From Lytechinus pictus (lineage: Eukaryota): DNA of 64,000 bases. How positions within the stretch are numbered: position 1 is the first letter of the stretch; each line of letters starts with the position of its first letter. Shown one piece after another: positions 14,177-26,436 of the stretch. The DNA lies in the NCBI RefSeq assembly GCF_037042905.1, contig NC_087251.1, positions 48,362,001-48,426,000 of the forward strand, read 5' to 3'. Below the pieces are notes generated by a model. That model had not been told where the DNA came from and did no database searches. It saw only the letters and a program-made list of their open reading frames with translations. A program made the translations under genes and the position numbers.

Positions 14177-17100
14177 CTACAATAAGAAAGAATCATATTC
14201 ACCCAATCAAGTGAATCCGCCTCAGTAGAGGACCATGGAAATCTTAGGAAAAATTAAACTTAAAGAGAAGTAAATAACATAAATTTGCAGTTTCTGGTCA
14301 AGCGGAGTTTACTGTAATGTTGTAAAATATTTCTATAATGAAAAGGAAGTGATATTCACTCGATCAAGTACTATCCGTACATTATCACAGGCTTAGTAGT
14401 TAAAAGATCCCAGACCCAACAAAAACAGAAATTTAGGCTATCACTTAATTAAGCTTCACTGGCACAACACAATAACATATGTAATGAGGCATGATACATT
14501 CTACCCAACCCTCTTACTACATAGCTTCTACCCACACTATAAGAACACAGGGGGATGTTTCACAAAGCAAAAAGTCAATACGTTTTACTGACTAAATTGT
14601 GTTTAGCCAATCACATGGAAGAATTTAAGAGGTTTATTGTCAGTGAAAATCACTGATTGCTTGAAATGCTCCCCAGATGTACACCTGGGCCCTGTCTTAC
14701 GAAGAGTTACGATCGATCCAATCAATTGTAACTTTATGGAAATCCATCAGTGTCATAATTTTTTTCTACAGGAAATTTGCAAAATGTCCTTTTTAATCAA
14801 AGGAGAACACCCCAAATTGTCAAGAATTCATTGAATTTATGGATATGGATTCATATCTAGAATTTTTTTGGAACAAATATGCATTTCATATGTTGACTTT
14901 GCTGGCTTTCCATAGTTGCGATTGATTGGATCAATCGTAACTCTTTGTACAGTGGGGCCCTGGGCCCTGTCTTACAAAGAGTTACGATTGATCCAATCAA
15001 TTGTAACTTTATGGAAATCCATCAGTGTCATAATTTTGTCTACAGGAAATTTGCACGTCTTTTGTAAACAAAGAGAAACACAGCAAATTTTCAAGAAAAC
15101 ATTGAATGCATGCATATACATCATAGAAAATAATATGAACAATTTTTTTGGAACAAACATGCATAATAGATGTAGACATTGCTGGCCGTCCATAGTTGTG
15201 ATTGATCAGATCAATCGTAACTCTTCGCAAGACTGGGCCCAGTGCATATAATTGAATCTTTCACTGGTTGCTAATATCAGTTTTAACTTTTACAAGTTTT
15301 ACCACAGTCAACTTTCAAATTCAACGGGATTATGGCACATTCTTAACTTCAACAGACAAATTCAATTCACATGAATGAGATACATATAAAGATAATAGAA
15401 CGGCCTTCTAACTAATTTTTCAAACTTTAATTCAATACCTGTATGTGTACAACTTCTACACAAGTGAACGATAAATTCAAAGGGCATCTTTATTCTTCAC
15501 ATTGATATCAAATGAAAACTTGAAGTTCTCTAAAACCAAAGATAGAAGCAGAGAAGCATTTCATGAAGAGATTTTGACGGTGATTTTCACTGGCTAGCCA
15601 ATCGGATGCAAGGATTTGCAGAAGCTTATACATCTCTTGGCGAAAATCACTGACAAAAACTCTTAATGAAATATGCCCCTCCCCCTGGTTTGGATGATGC
15701 GAAACATTGCTTATTTCACAATTTCTTTGCCGGCTTACCACATAGATTTGCGGGTAGATCTCCCTCGTTCCAGTTGAGCCCATTGCTTGATATACATCGA
15801 GCTGCTAGCTCCTGTAAGGGTGGTACACTGGTCTCAGGACGGAATGTCATCTTATTTCGAGAAGGCTGGTCCCACTCACCTATAAGCTTGTCATGATTTA
15901 CTTTATAAAAGAAAAGAAAGGTACATGTATTAGACAATCATTTTAGTCATCTTCTTTATTATCATTCATTATTTTATTCATTAGAGCGGTGTTGGCTCAG
16001 TCGGTAACGCGTCTACCCGTCGAACCAAAGATCGTGGTTCGAGTCCACCCCGGGCGGATGACTGAAGCCAGTGCGTTGTGTGTAAACGTCTCTCCCATGT
16101 TTCATAGATGCAGGCTATGTTACAATGGAAAACACACCGTCCCTCGGATAGGACGTTAAATGGAGGCCCCGTGTAGAGGAGAGTCATTACCTTCGCACGT
16201 TAAAAACCCACTGCACTATTCGTTTAAGAGTAGGGGGAAACCCCGGTGTAGTGGTCCACCTGCATTCCCCCCAATCAGTTATATCGGGAGGAGAGACCTG
16301 AGGGTCATAGTGATTAAGTTCGCTTTTCGCCTCCCAGGCACAGGTGACGCCAAACAAATAATAATAATAATAATAATGAAGGCAAACTGATTCCAATGTC
16401 CTATTTGCATCACATTTCAAGGATGCTGCTATGATTGCTATCTTAATCTCCCAAATATATTTTCTCAAGATTTTAACTAATTTTTATGAGAAAGATTAAT
16501 TTTTTCCATTTCTATGTTTACTATTTATTGAAGTTTCACAACTTAAGTCTCAACCACAGGCACTTGAACCAAATGATCAGATAAAGAATGGGGGGGGGGG
16601 GGGGTTTAAACATTGTGTGTTAATGACGAATATTCTACCACCAATTAGTTTGTCGGGGGGGGGGGAGTTGTTTCACTAAGATTTAAGTGTGGATCGGTGT
16701 CGCACTATTATTTTAGTTGCGTGCGGTATATAACGCAGCATCGCATTGGTCAGATCATGCACATGGGATGCGTATTCATCAATCAGACCACGCATTAAAT
16801 TACATGGGCCCGTCGGTGTTTAAGCATGACTCTATTATTGTCTTACTTAACTCTTCCTGAAACACCCCCCCCCCCCTGGCCACAACTGGTTCCAATTGGT
16901 ATCTCTCAAAACTTTATTATTTCAATAAGTGATTGGTAATAGTTGAAGACATGTCTTACCACTGAATGTATAAAGTTGAAGGTATGAGAGAGATGCAGGG
17001 AAGTACTCCAGAGGGTTGTTCCTGACATGCAGTTCCTTGAGAAGGTGAAGACGTCCTATCTGATCTGGTAAGGATGTCAACCTAAAGAAGATGAAATGAT

Positions 17101-20100
17101 CATACACCAAATTTTTTTCTCTCAAATATTTCTATTTTGTGATCACTTTTGATTGATTATCAGGGTTTATTAATGATTTGCTGAACTCAGTATTGCAATG
17201 AGCAATGACAGAAAATTAAAAAAACATAAAAAAAAGAAGATACAAATCAATCTATGATATAGTCTAGAAAGGCATTCATTGTGGGCACAATGAGAATACA
17301 TGTAGATCGACAGAACTGCTACAATCTACTATTGGACTGTAAGAATCAGTAGAGAAAAAATAGAAACTAGATGAATTCTCAACCAGTCAAAATTTATCTC
17401 TCTGCCACTGCCAGATCAAGTATATATCAAAACCCAACTACTAAATTTGTCAAATAATGACCTCTATGAATTTTGACCTTGGACAATTTGACCCCAAAAC
17501 CTGACCAGATTAATAATAATAATAATAATATAGGGTATTTATATTGCGCACATATCCACCTTGTTAGGTGCTCAAGACGCTCCTATATTACCCGGCTAAG
17601 CTAGGCGTTCATAGCGCACACAGCTTTTTAAGGAATTACTTCCTACCGGTACCCATTTACCTCACCTGGGTTGAGTGCAGCACATTGTGGATCAGTTTCT
17701 TGCTGAAGGAAATTACGCCATGGCTGGGATTCGAACCCACGACCCTCTGTTTCAAAGTCCGAAGACTAATCCACTGGGCCACAACGCTCCACTAATTAAT
17801 CTCCATTAATCTCTCTCAACTAAGTTTGAAGTTTATACCTTGAACCATTCTTCAGTTATTGTGAGAACATACCTTTGGCCAAGATACATGTCCCTACAAA
17901 CTAATCAAATCATAGTTACTCCTATACATATTCTCAGACTGTCTTTGAAGTTGATTTGTTAAAATCATTCTATGTTTATTATGAGAATTAAAAGAAAATG
18001 GATAGAGTGAAGGAACAATCCAAACCCATAATGTCTCCGAAAACCACCTACAATGGGTGGAGGCATAAAAATAACATAAATGTATTCCGATCTGTGAGTC
18101 ATCAATTATGTCGCATTTACCAATGAATCACTGACTTTCACTTTGGCTCAATCTCACATCTTTTCCACTCAATTTTGAAAGACGTACATTTATAAAAATT
18201 TTCATGGGCTACTTTTAAACCAGAAGCCTTAATCGGTGACACTGGATAAGCTATAACATTTTAGTGGATGGAGAATTTGTGCGACTCATTTTTTTTTTAT
18301 TTTCCAGGGCTCTCTTGAGCAATGTGGGGGCAAAATCACCCAGGGCCCTCATGTCATTTTTCCCTGTCCATGAAACTGTACATACCTGTTATTTGAAAGC
18401 CAGACTTTGTTGAGCGATGTACACCTTGATAGAGAGGCAGGGAGGTGGGTTAGTTCACAGGATGACACATCTAATTCAGTCAGGCGTACAAGCCTCCCAA
18501 AGGAAGAGGGTAAACTATGCAAACGGTTCTCTCCTGCATAGAAAATGTTCGCCAATATGATTGGTCATTCTAGTACGTGATTTCATAGTATTGTATGGGT
18601 AGTGGTAGTCTCCAAAATGCTGTTTTCATCTTAATTTTTTTGAAATATATATTATTTGTTTTTTCCCCTTTTTTAATTATATTTCAATTTTTGTAGTTGT
18701 TTTTGTTGTAAATCCTTTCTCCTGGAACTTTTTCATCCATCAGAATAGTTAGAGTATAGTATCGCTATTGGTTGTCTGTAAGTCCTTCTTGTTTTCATCT
18801 CATTTTTTTAAGTTAAATATTGTAAAATACATGTAACTGTTTTCTTTTTATTTAATAATCATTTCATTTTCTGAAAAAATATGTTCAATCTACCTTTTGA
18901 TAATTTTACTAAGATTAGGTATATTGCAGTCACATACAAGTCAAAAATGTAATTAAACATACATAGGAAGGACAATGCATCAGACACTGCTTTATCAGAA
19001 CATGCTCTCATAAAAAAACAGAGAGGTAACTGTTTCTTTATGTGTTGTAATTTGCATGTAAACAAAATGAATTTCCATTAAGTTGGACAATAAAATAACA
19101 ATATAATAACTTACACAATATAAGAGCCTGGAAACCAGGAAATAGTGCCATATTGGAATACTATTCATACAATCTAACCTTGTGCTGCAAAGTCAGTCAG
19201 CATGTTCGGGTTCGGCAATTTTTTTTCTGAACTTTGGTTTGTTCCGGGTTCGGCAATGAATGCTAAATTAAATTATTAACATATAAAATAAAGGATCGCC
19301 GACCCTCGGACAAAGTAACACGTTAAAGATCTGTCATTTATTTATAATAAATTTTGTTTCTAAAAAGAATGGTTAAAAAAATTGTTGCATAACTTTCTTT
19401 TATTTATTGTATTCTTTTAACAAAAATATGAGTCATTTCTACTTTCATTTTTAAATTGAATAAACAAAAACAAAGAAAATAATATTGATAACGAAAGAAT
19501 GAGGACAGAAACATAATTTAAAAGAACAGAATTTTTTTTTTCATGATTATTTCATGTAGATATGATCACGATCAATTACAATGTCATTGCAAACGCATCT
19601 TCTCTGATTGGGAAGTGTGGATCGGGAATGTCAAAACAGTAGACAAACAACCTCCACTCAACTGTTATTATAATGGTAAAATTCACATTCCAAAGAATAG
19701 GAAATGTTTTAGAAAGTCTCTATTCTCTGAAAAGTGGTTAAATCTGGTCAATCAATTACGGCAGTTTGGCTACAGCACTAATCTAACCTTAAAAAAAAAC
19801 CTACATCTTGTATTGAAATTCTTCAAGGACAGTTTCTATGATCCACAAACAAATGGCACTCACCAACATAGAGAGCGGTCAGATTGACCAGGTTGCAGAG
19901 TTCATCCGGGAGTGCGGTAAGCTGGTTGGAATGGGCACAGAGCTCCTCCAGGTGAGTCAACTGACCGATGCTACTGGTCAGTTCGGTCATCAGGTTGTTG
20001 GTCACATTGAGAATGACCAGGACTGAGAGCCGTCCCAGGGTGGTTGGCAGGGATTGGAGGTGGTTGTTCTTGCAGTCAAGCTCCTGGAGACGACTGAAGT

Positions 20101-23100
20101 TACCGATACATTTCTGATGAGGAAAGAGGAAACAAAAACACCCGATGAAAATAGACTATTCTGGAGATATTGCAAACATACAGACGATTCCCAAAATCCC
20201 ACAGACTGTAGAAGTGATGTGGATCAGCGGAAAGGTTCCTAGGCTGTGCACTACAAGATCCTGAGCTGAATTCCAATACTAGTGCCCCTTACAAGACATT
20301 AATATGTAGGCCATATGATATATGATAAGCAGTTTTGACAGGGCAAAATTCATGTAGAAAGAGTTATTTCTGGAAGCTATCTGAAATGCAGCAATTTATA
20401 TAGATTGTCATTGAGACAAAGAGATAATCTGAGGTGAATAGGCAAGTATAGATAGTATTGACATCTACAATGGTTGCACTATGAATTTCAATAAAGGGAA
20501 GTGGATTCTAATTTAAGTAGGGCAACTTACTGGCAGCTTTTCAAGGCAGTTGTATTGCAGAAAGAGTTGCTCTAATCCGCCCAGCAGACCGATCTCTTCC
20601 GGCAATGAGACAAGGCGATTGTTAGACAAATTCAGTACAGTCAATTGACGACCAACATACCCGATCAGCTGAGGGCAGTATTTCAAATTCATGTAACTGC
20701 AGTTTACAGAGACAAGACGATATGTTTATCAATAACAGATACGCAAAAAAAAAGAAGTAAATATACTTGAATCCATACCAGGCCTGAGAGTGGCCCTTTT
20801 CAAAAATATCTGTTTTTTGTGAACGTAGGGAGCGAAGAGTCTCGCACCTAACGGCCGAGGGTCCAGGGGCAACGCCCCGGAGGGGGTCAAGGGGGCGAAG
20901 CCCCCCAAAGGTCATGGATTTGGGGGTTTTCAGAGGATCTAGAAGGCATCTCCTCAACACCATGAAGTACCTGGAATTTGCTGTACAAATAGGGAAAAAA
21001 TTGTGTTTCTGAGGCACAAAGTGCTTAAATTCACCAGGAAATATACTTTCATTGGTAGTGCATGCAACAATACCTCTCAATTATACATGTTAGAGGTTTA
21101 TGAGATTTTGAGTTCAATATTTCTGAATCAAATGCACAATACGTACATTAAATAATTGTATAGTAAATCTTGTGAGCATCATACATGTGCTGCTTGATCA
21201 TGCTCCAGCCGCCATTCGCGTACTTGACTTCTTTATTACACCACGTACATGTAGTAAGCTTTACCGGGTTCCTCAATTTTCCGTATGCACTCACTTGCCA
21301 CCCTTCCATCCACTGATTTTTCAACCCACTTCCAAGTCCATTTCTCACAAACTGAAGCGTCGATCCCTTTCACCCTCGCCTCTTCACCTCGATCAAGAAA
21401 TTTTGGTTGAAAAGCCATAATTTTTCTCAAACTTTTCTTGTTTTTCCGCTCGCACTAAAGAACTCCCGTATTGACAAATCACCGTAATCACGCCTAGCGC
21501 TAACCTAGGGAGCTCCCACCCGCTTCGCGGGCCAGAGTTCCCTGGGTTATCCTAGCGCCTGCATGCATGCATAAATTGAATGCAGCCATCGCGCATGCAC
21601 CGAGTGCACACTGTTTCCTCCACTGCAACGCGCGAACGGTCTGGTGGGTAATACAAAATGGCAGCGCCCATGATCAATACCGACCGTGTGCGATTAACTT
21701 CAAATAGCCGTCGAAGAATCAAGTTTTCGAATGCATGACGGCAATTTTTAAGATAAGTAACGACAGCAAGTTGCCAGAACTAATAACTTTGTGTGAATTT
21801 GGGCGCAATGTGTCCTTCATTTTCTAGCAATTTTTGTGAATAAGGCATTGAAAATAGACACCCTAACCCCTCTTAATTTTATACCGGATTTACATCGATC
21901 TCAGAGACCACCTATGTTGGTGAAAAAAAATCTGGAACCCGGTAAATATCGGGAGAATCTCAGGCCTGATCAATACCCATTGATATTAAGTATTGTAATA
22001 TATCGAGCGTCGGTGTCATCTCTTAAAAACCCTTTTTTTAGGCTACTGACTCATCACTTTCAATTCAAGCTAAAGCCGGGGTAATAATAATAAACAAGGC
22101 AAACGCCAAGCGTTGTCTCACCTGCATATTGCAGTCATGAAGAGACTGCATATCAAATCTGAAGGGTAACATTTAAGAAACTTTGACAGCTTTTCTATTG
22201 TACCATTGGCAAATATGTGTGAATATTATAAATGGTGCCAAGAACTATAGCTCATTACATAAATAACAACAGTTTTTAAAGAATAAACAAGTAAAATACA
22301 AAATATGGTTCAGGTATAGAGAGTACTGAGTTCTGAAGTAAAATGTTAGTGTTAAAAAGTATAAAATTATAAAGTTCATGTCACTAGAGGGACAAAGTAG
22401 TGTGAAAGTTCATTGACCTTTGACCTTAATCAAATTCAACTCACATTCGAACCTGACCTGCACCTTCAAGAGATGGACCTCTGTTACGAGTTTGGCGATC
22501 CCACCTCGAAGCTATAGAAAGTTATTGAGTGTACAAAATAGCACAGTGCCAGTCATGGAAAGTTCATTGACCTTTGACCTTAATCAAATTCAACTCACAT
22601 TTGAACTTGACCTGCACCTTCAAAAGATGGACCTCTTGTATGAATTTGGCAATCCTACCTCGAAGATATAGAAAGTTATTGTGTGTACAGCACAGCACAG
22701 TGCCAGTCATGGAAAGTTCATTGACCTTTGACCTTATTCAAATTCGGCTCACATTTGAACTTGACCTGCACCTTCAAGAGATGGACCTCTGTTATGAATA
22801 TGGCGATCTCACCTCGAATCTATAGAAAGTTATTGTGTGTACAACACAGCACAGTGCCAGTCATGGAAAGTTCATTGACCTTTGACCTTATTCACATTCG
22901 ACTAATATTCGAACTTGACCTGTGCCTTCAGGAGATGAACCTCTGGTATGAATTTGGCGATCCCAACTCGAAGCTATAGAAAGTTATTGTGTGTACAACG
23001 CAGCACAGTGCCAGTCATGGAAAGTTCATTGACCTTTGACCTTATTCACATTTCGACTCAATTCAAACTTGACCTGTGCCTTCAGGAGATGGACCTCTGG

Positions 23101-25681
23101 TATGAATTTGGTGATCCCACCTCGAAGATATATAATGGTAGAATCTGATTGGATGTCAGCAAAGTTCTAACATTTATTGACCTGAAGTATCATGAAACAG
23201 AGCTCGTTCCTTATTAGATGAGAAACTTGTGCACATAATTTTTACTATTTACAGGTTAATTACTATTTTATAATTGGAAATTCAAGAGTTTCACTAACCT
23301 GATATCTAGTTCTACAGGTTTTTCACCACACGCAGTCTTCACCATACCCTTGGCTTTGACATCCCCTGTCCCATGGGCTGAACAGATCGATAATTTGTTA
23401 GCTCGGCAACAGGCCCCACACTGCTTATACCTACACAATATGGAAACAATATTAAAAACTCCAGCTTGCTTGAAACTCATACGGACAACATCAATAAGTT
23501 CTGAATCTAAACTACATAAAACACAAAGGAATACAGGAAACTTACGAATGAAACATGTTCTTACATGTAAAGGTCAAGTCCACCCCAGAAAAATGTTGAT
23601 TTGAATTAATAGAGAAAAATCAAACTAGCATAATGCTGAAATTTTCATCAAAATCAGATGTAAAATAAGACAGTTATGACATTCAAAATTTTGCTTATTT
23701 TAAACAAACAGTGATATGCATAATTCAGTGACATGCAAATGAGACAGTAGATGATGTCCATCACTCACTATTTCTATTGTTTATTATTGTTTGAATGATA
23801 CAATATTTCATTTTTTTACATATTTGACAATTAAGGACCAACTTGACTGAACCATATAGTATCAAACAATGCTAATTCCACATGTTCGCGACGAATTAAT
23901 TGTTGTTTCACTTGGCAATGATGAGAAAATTAGAATATTTCATATTTCATTTCATAAAATACAAAAGATATAGTGAGTGGATGACGTCATCAGTCTCCTC
24001 ATTAGCATACTAACCAGAATGTGCATATACATGTAACTGTTTTGTGAAATTTAGCGAGACTTTAAAATATCATATCTTTCTTATCTTAAATCTGAGTTTG
24101 ATGAAATTTTCAGTGTTATTCATGTTGGATTTTTCTCTTTTAATTCAAATCAACTTTTAGTTGGGGTGGACTTTTCCTTTAAATGAGTGATGGGTTTGGA
24201 CAGCAAACTACTCACTTACCTCTATCAGTAACAACACAATACCCCCTTCCTTATCCCTCTATCTTTCTCGTCTCTCTATATCAATGACTCACTCACCGGC
24301 ACTTCCTCTTCGCTGGCAAAAGCCTGCAGCTCCTGCAGGAAAGGGAGGGTTGTGACCTGGGGATTTCCCTACAAGATATGATGACCTCACCACCGGAGCG
24401 CCGGGGACTGTCCCTCCTCATGTTAGATAAGAAGCGCTCATGTTTGCGGTGCTGCAAGTACAAAGAGGTGTGATGGCTCATTCAGTTTGGAACACTGACG
24501 GATCCAGGGGGGGGGGGGCAAAGCCAGCCCATGCCCCCCCCCTTTGAGAGGCACAATTAAAGTTTGCAATGTAAAAATACTGTTAAAACAGAAGTGTGCC
24601 CCCCGCCCTTTGGAATAGAAGACCCTTTTTTTTTGCTTGTCAAATATTTTTGTGGACGAAATCTCCCTATTTTTTTGTTGAAATTTTTTTTTGCCTAGAA
24701 AAATGTGCACCCCGCCCCCTTTGGAACATCCTGTATCTGCCCCTGGTTTGGAAATATAATTGTATCAATTGACAAACTTCACTCTATACTGATTAATGAT
24801 ACATGTAAGTTGATGTTGCAAAAGGGGTCCTACTGTACATGCAACATCTCCATGGAGGGGGGGGGGGGGGTCATAGGGTTTTAGTTTTGTCAAGAGGCTA
24901 GAAATTATCTGGTGTAAATGTAAATGTCTTCCACATAGGATATTCCAGATGACACCAATAGCTATTAAAGCCATGTTATGGTCCCTGCACACTAAAAACA
25001 ACTTTAATGCATGTGTGTCAAGGAATGATATTCCTTTATAAAATAACTTTGCCATCCAATGGTAGTGACCATGGTAACTAACGCTGATCTACAGCCTATC
25101 AAAATCAAGGATTCCATGCAAGTTACCACTGGATGGCAAAGTTACCATAATGGTAACTTTAATGCAACAGGGCCCTGGTATCGCATCACAGTTTGCTCCA
25201 AATTTGTCTATGACTGCTAAACAAAATTTCCTTTGACTGTGTTGCCATTTTCACACAAATGTAGGACTTTAAAATACATAATTGAAAGCTTTTCTCCAAC
25301 AACCACAAATGCTAATAAATCTCTGTATGTATCACATGGACGTATCTGGATAATAAAATCACTTGTACTTACTGTAATCCATCTCTTTGTATGGCCTGCC
25401 GTTACACCCGTTGCGGCAAACGCAACCTCATCTCCCCTGGCACCACACCTCCTCTTGGTCCCACCATGCCGCTCTGTTCCCCTCTTGGCTGGCACCCCTT
25501 TGCGGAGCAGCCCCCAAACCAGGCAGCCCACCGTGAAGGAGAGCAGACCCAGGATGAAGATGGCCAAGGCGAAGGACTGGAGGTCATCGGTGGTCAAGAG
25601 AAGGTCACTCAGTCCGGACATGATGTAATGCCATCCCGAAGGGAGGAGACTCTGGAAGGTGTCAAGCCAGCATGGCCCCAT
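13989..25681 (-). CDS. Spliced gene: transmembrane + Cys-rich finger + leucine-rich repeat protein with LRRC58/LRRC69-like C-terminus (543 aa)
   Basis: Hand-assembled join(25681-25373, 24451-24297, 23430-23299, 20696-20531, 20113-19864, 18533-18386, 17081-16960, 15900-15739, 14176-13989). All introns are GT-AG with matching phases, total 1632 nt, one open frame. About 10 LRRs of 23 aa (LxxLxLxxNxLxxLP) run across exon junctions. Confidence 0.85.
14686..15242. mobile_element. Two tandem ~275-bp MITEs (PIF/Harbinger-like termini)
   Basis: GGGCCCTGTCTTAC-AAGAGTTACGAT...ATCGTAACTCTT...GGGCCC occurs twice head-to-tail. Confidence 0.65.
15739..15900 (-). CDS. LRR gene coding exon 8
   Basis: Pyrimidine tract + AAG acceptor, GTAAGC donor; NHDKLIGEW...VPPLQELAARCISSNGLNWNEGDLPANLC. 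Confidence 0.85.
15984..16378 (+). mobile_element. tRNA-derived SINE with (TAA)n tail
   Basis: A box TGGCTCAGTCGG, B box GGTTCGAGTCC, (TAA)n tail. Confidence 0.75.
16960..17081 (-). CDS. LRR gene coding exon 7
   Basis: TTTAG acceptor, GTAAGA donor; LTSLPDQIGRLHLLKELHVRNNPLEYFPASLSYLQLYTFS. Confidence 0.9.
17511..17792 (-). mobile_element. tRNA-derived SINE with (ATT)n tail
   Basis: A box TGGCCCAGTGG, B box GGTTCGAATCC, core AACCCAGGTGAGGTAAATGGGTACC; relatives at 33058-33296 and a decayed one at ~13740-13970. Confidence 0.8.
18386..18533 (-). CDS. LRR gene coding exon 6
   Basis: TATGCAG acceptor, GTATGT donor; ENRLHSLPSSFGRLVRLTELDVSSCELTHLPASLSRCTSLNKVWLSNN. Confidence 0.9.
19864..20113 (-). 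CDS. LRR gene coding exon 5
   Basis: Polypyrimidine tract + CAG, GTGAGT donor; KCIGNFSRLQELDCKNNHLQSLP...LCNLVNLTALYV. Confidence 0.9.
20531..20696 (-). CDS. LRR gene coding exon 4
   Basis: CTGCAG acceptor, GTAAGT donor; YMNLKYCPQLIGYVGRQLTVLNLSNNRLVSLPEEIGLLGGLEQLFLQYNCLEKLP (not in the ORF track in this frame). Confidence 0.9.
20779..21968 (-). mobile_element. hAT-like deletion derivative with frameshifted BED zinc-finger transposase remnant
   Basis: TIR CAGGCCTGAGA / TCTCAGGCCTG; 8-bp TSD ATCCATAC/ATCAATAC; minus-strand MAFQPKF...IRKIEEPGKAY then, in another frame, CTWCNKEVKYANGGWSMIKQHMYDAHK. Confidence 0.75.
22093..23130 (-). mobile_element. HINE family A copy, inverted and 5'-truncated, ~5 x 154-bp repeats
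   Basis: Reverse complement of the 666-1950 element, including its ~250-bp unique spacer; 5' terminus missing. Confidence 0.75.
23299..23430 (-). CDS. LRR gene coding exon 3
   Basis: TGTAG acceptor, GTTAGT donor; YKQCGACCRANKLSICSAH...PVELDI; phase 2 to 2. Confidence 0.8.
23571..24178. mobile_element. TTAA MITE, same family as 3446-4046 (opposite orientation)
   Basis: Same TIRs and body. Confidence 0.8.
24297..24451 (-). CDS. LRR gene coding exon 2
   Basis: TTGCAG acceptor, GTGAGT donor; HRKHERFLSNMRR...CRSCRLLPAKRKC; phase 0 to 2. Confidence 0.75.
25373..25681 (-). CDS. LRR gene coding exon 1 (start codon, TM helix)
   Basis: Acceptor TTTCTTCCTTCACAG ends at 25706; in-frame TAG upstream of the ATG (GTCATGG context). 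Encodes MGPCWLDTF...FALAIFILGLLSFTVGCLVWGLLRK...RWIT; donor GTAAGT at 25372. Confidence 0.75.
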
Positions 25682-26436
25682 GACTGCACGCACTGGCTAG
25701 CGTGTCTGTGAAGGAAGAAACACAAATATAGTCAAACTTTAATGTTAAGTGTCTCATACATGTAGGAGAGAATAAAATTGGTCTTCATAAACCTAGAAGT
25801 TTGTCTTTATTGTACAAGGTTACATTTGTAACACAATATCTATATTTTCATTTGGTGACAAACATGTACATGTACTTACAAATTGCACAATTATGTAGCC
25901 ATGTAGGTACCAATATATCTCATTGTTACATTATTTAATATGACTTTTTCATCATGCAAACCGAATCAGCATCAATATTCCCTAGGGCTATAAAGTTTTC
26001 CAATTTACTCTATATAATGCCTAGTACCCACAAACACTCTTAAAAGATTTTGTCTGAAGAGGTGTCATACATGTACATGTAGTCTCTCCGGAGCATCATA
26101 AAACCTATTTTTATTACAGATCTATTTACAATCAACCCTATTCAATTCAAATTTATGTCCACAAATTAAGTATAAAAAAACACAAACAAACCTAAATACA
26201 ATCAAAATACATTTAAAATCAGTTTGAATATATTACATTAATACAAAAAATATCAAAATGCGCGTGTGTGCATGGGGGGGGGGTGGTATTGGTAAAGGCC
26301 ATATTGATCTACCAAGGTCAATCCCCAGTGACAACATAAATTTCATGAATTACAAAGAATGAAAATATTGAATATTAAATTTAGGAATGCAGACCTAGCG
26401 CAATAATGAAGAGCAAAGCTATCAAACAAATTACAG

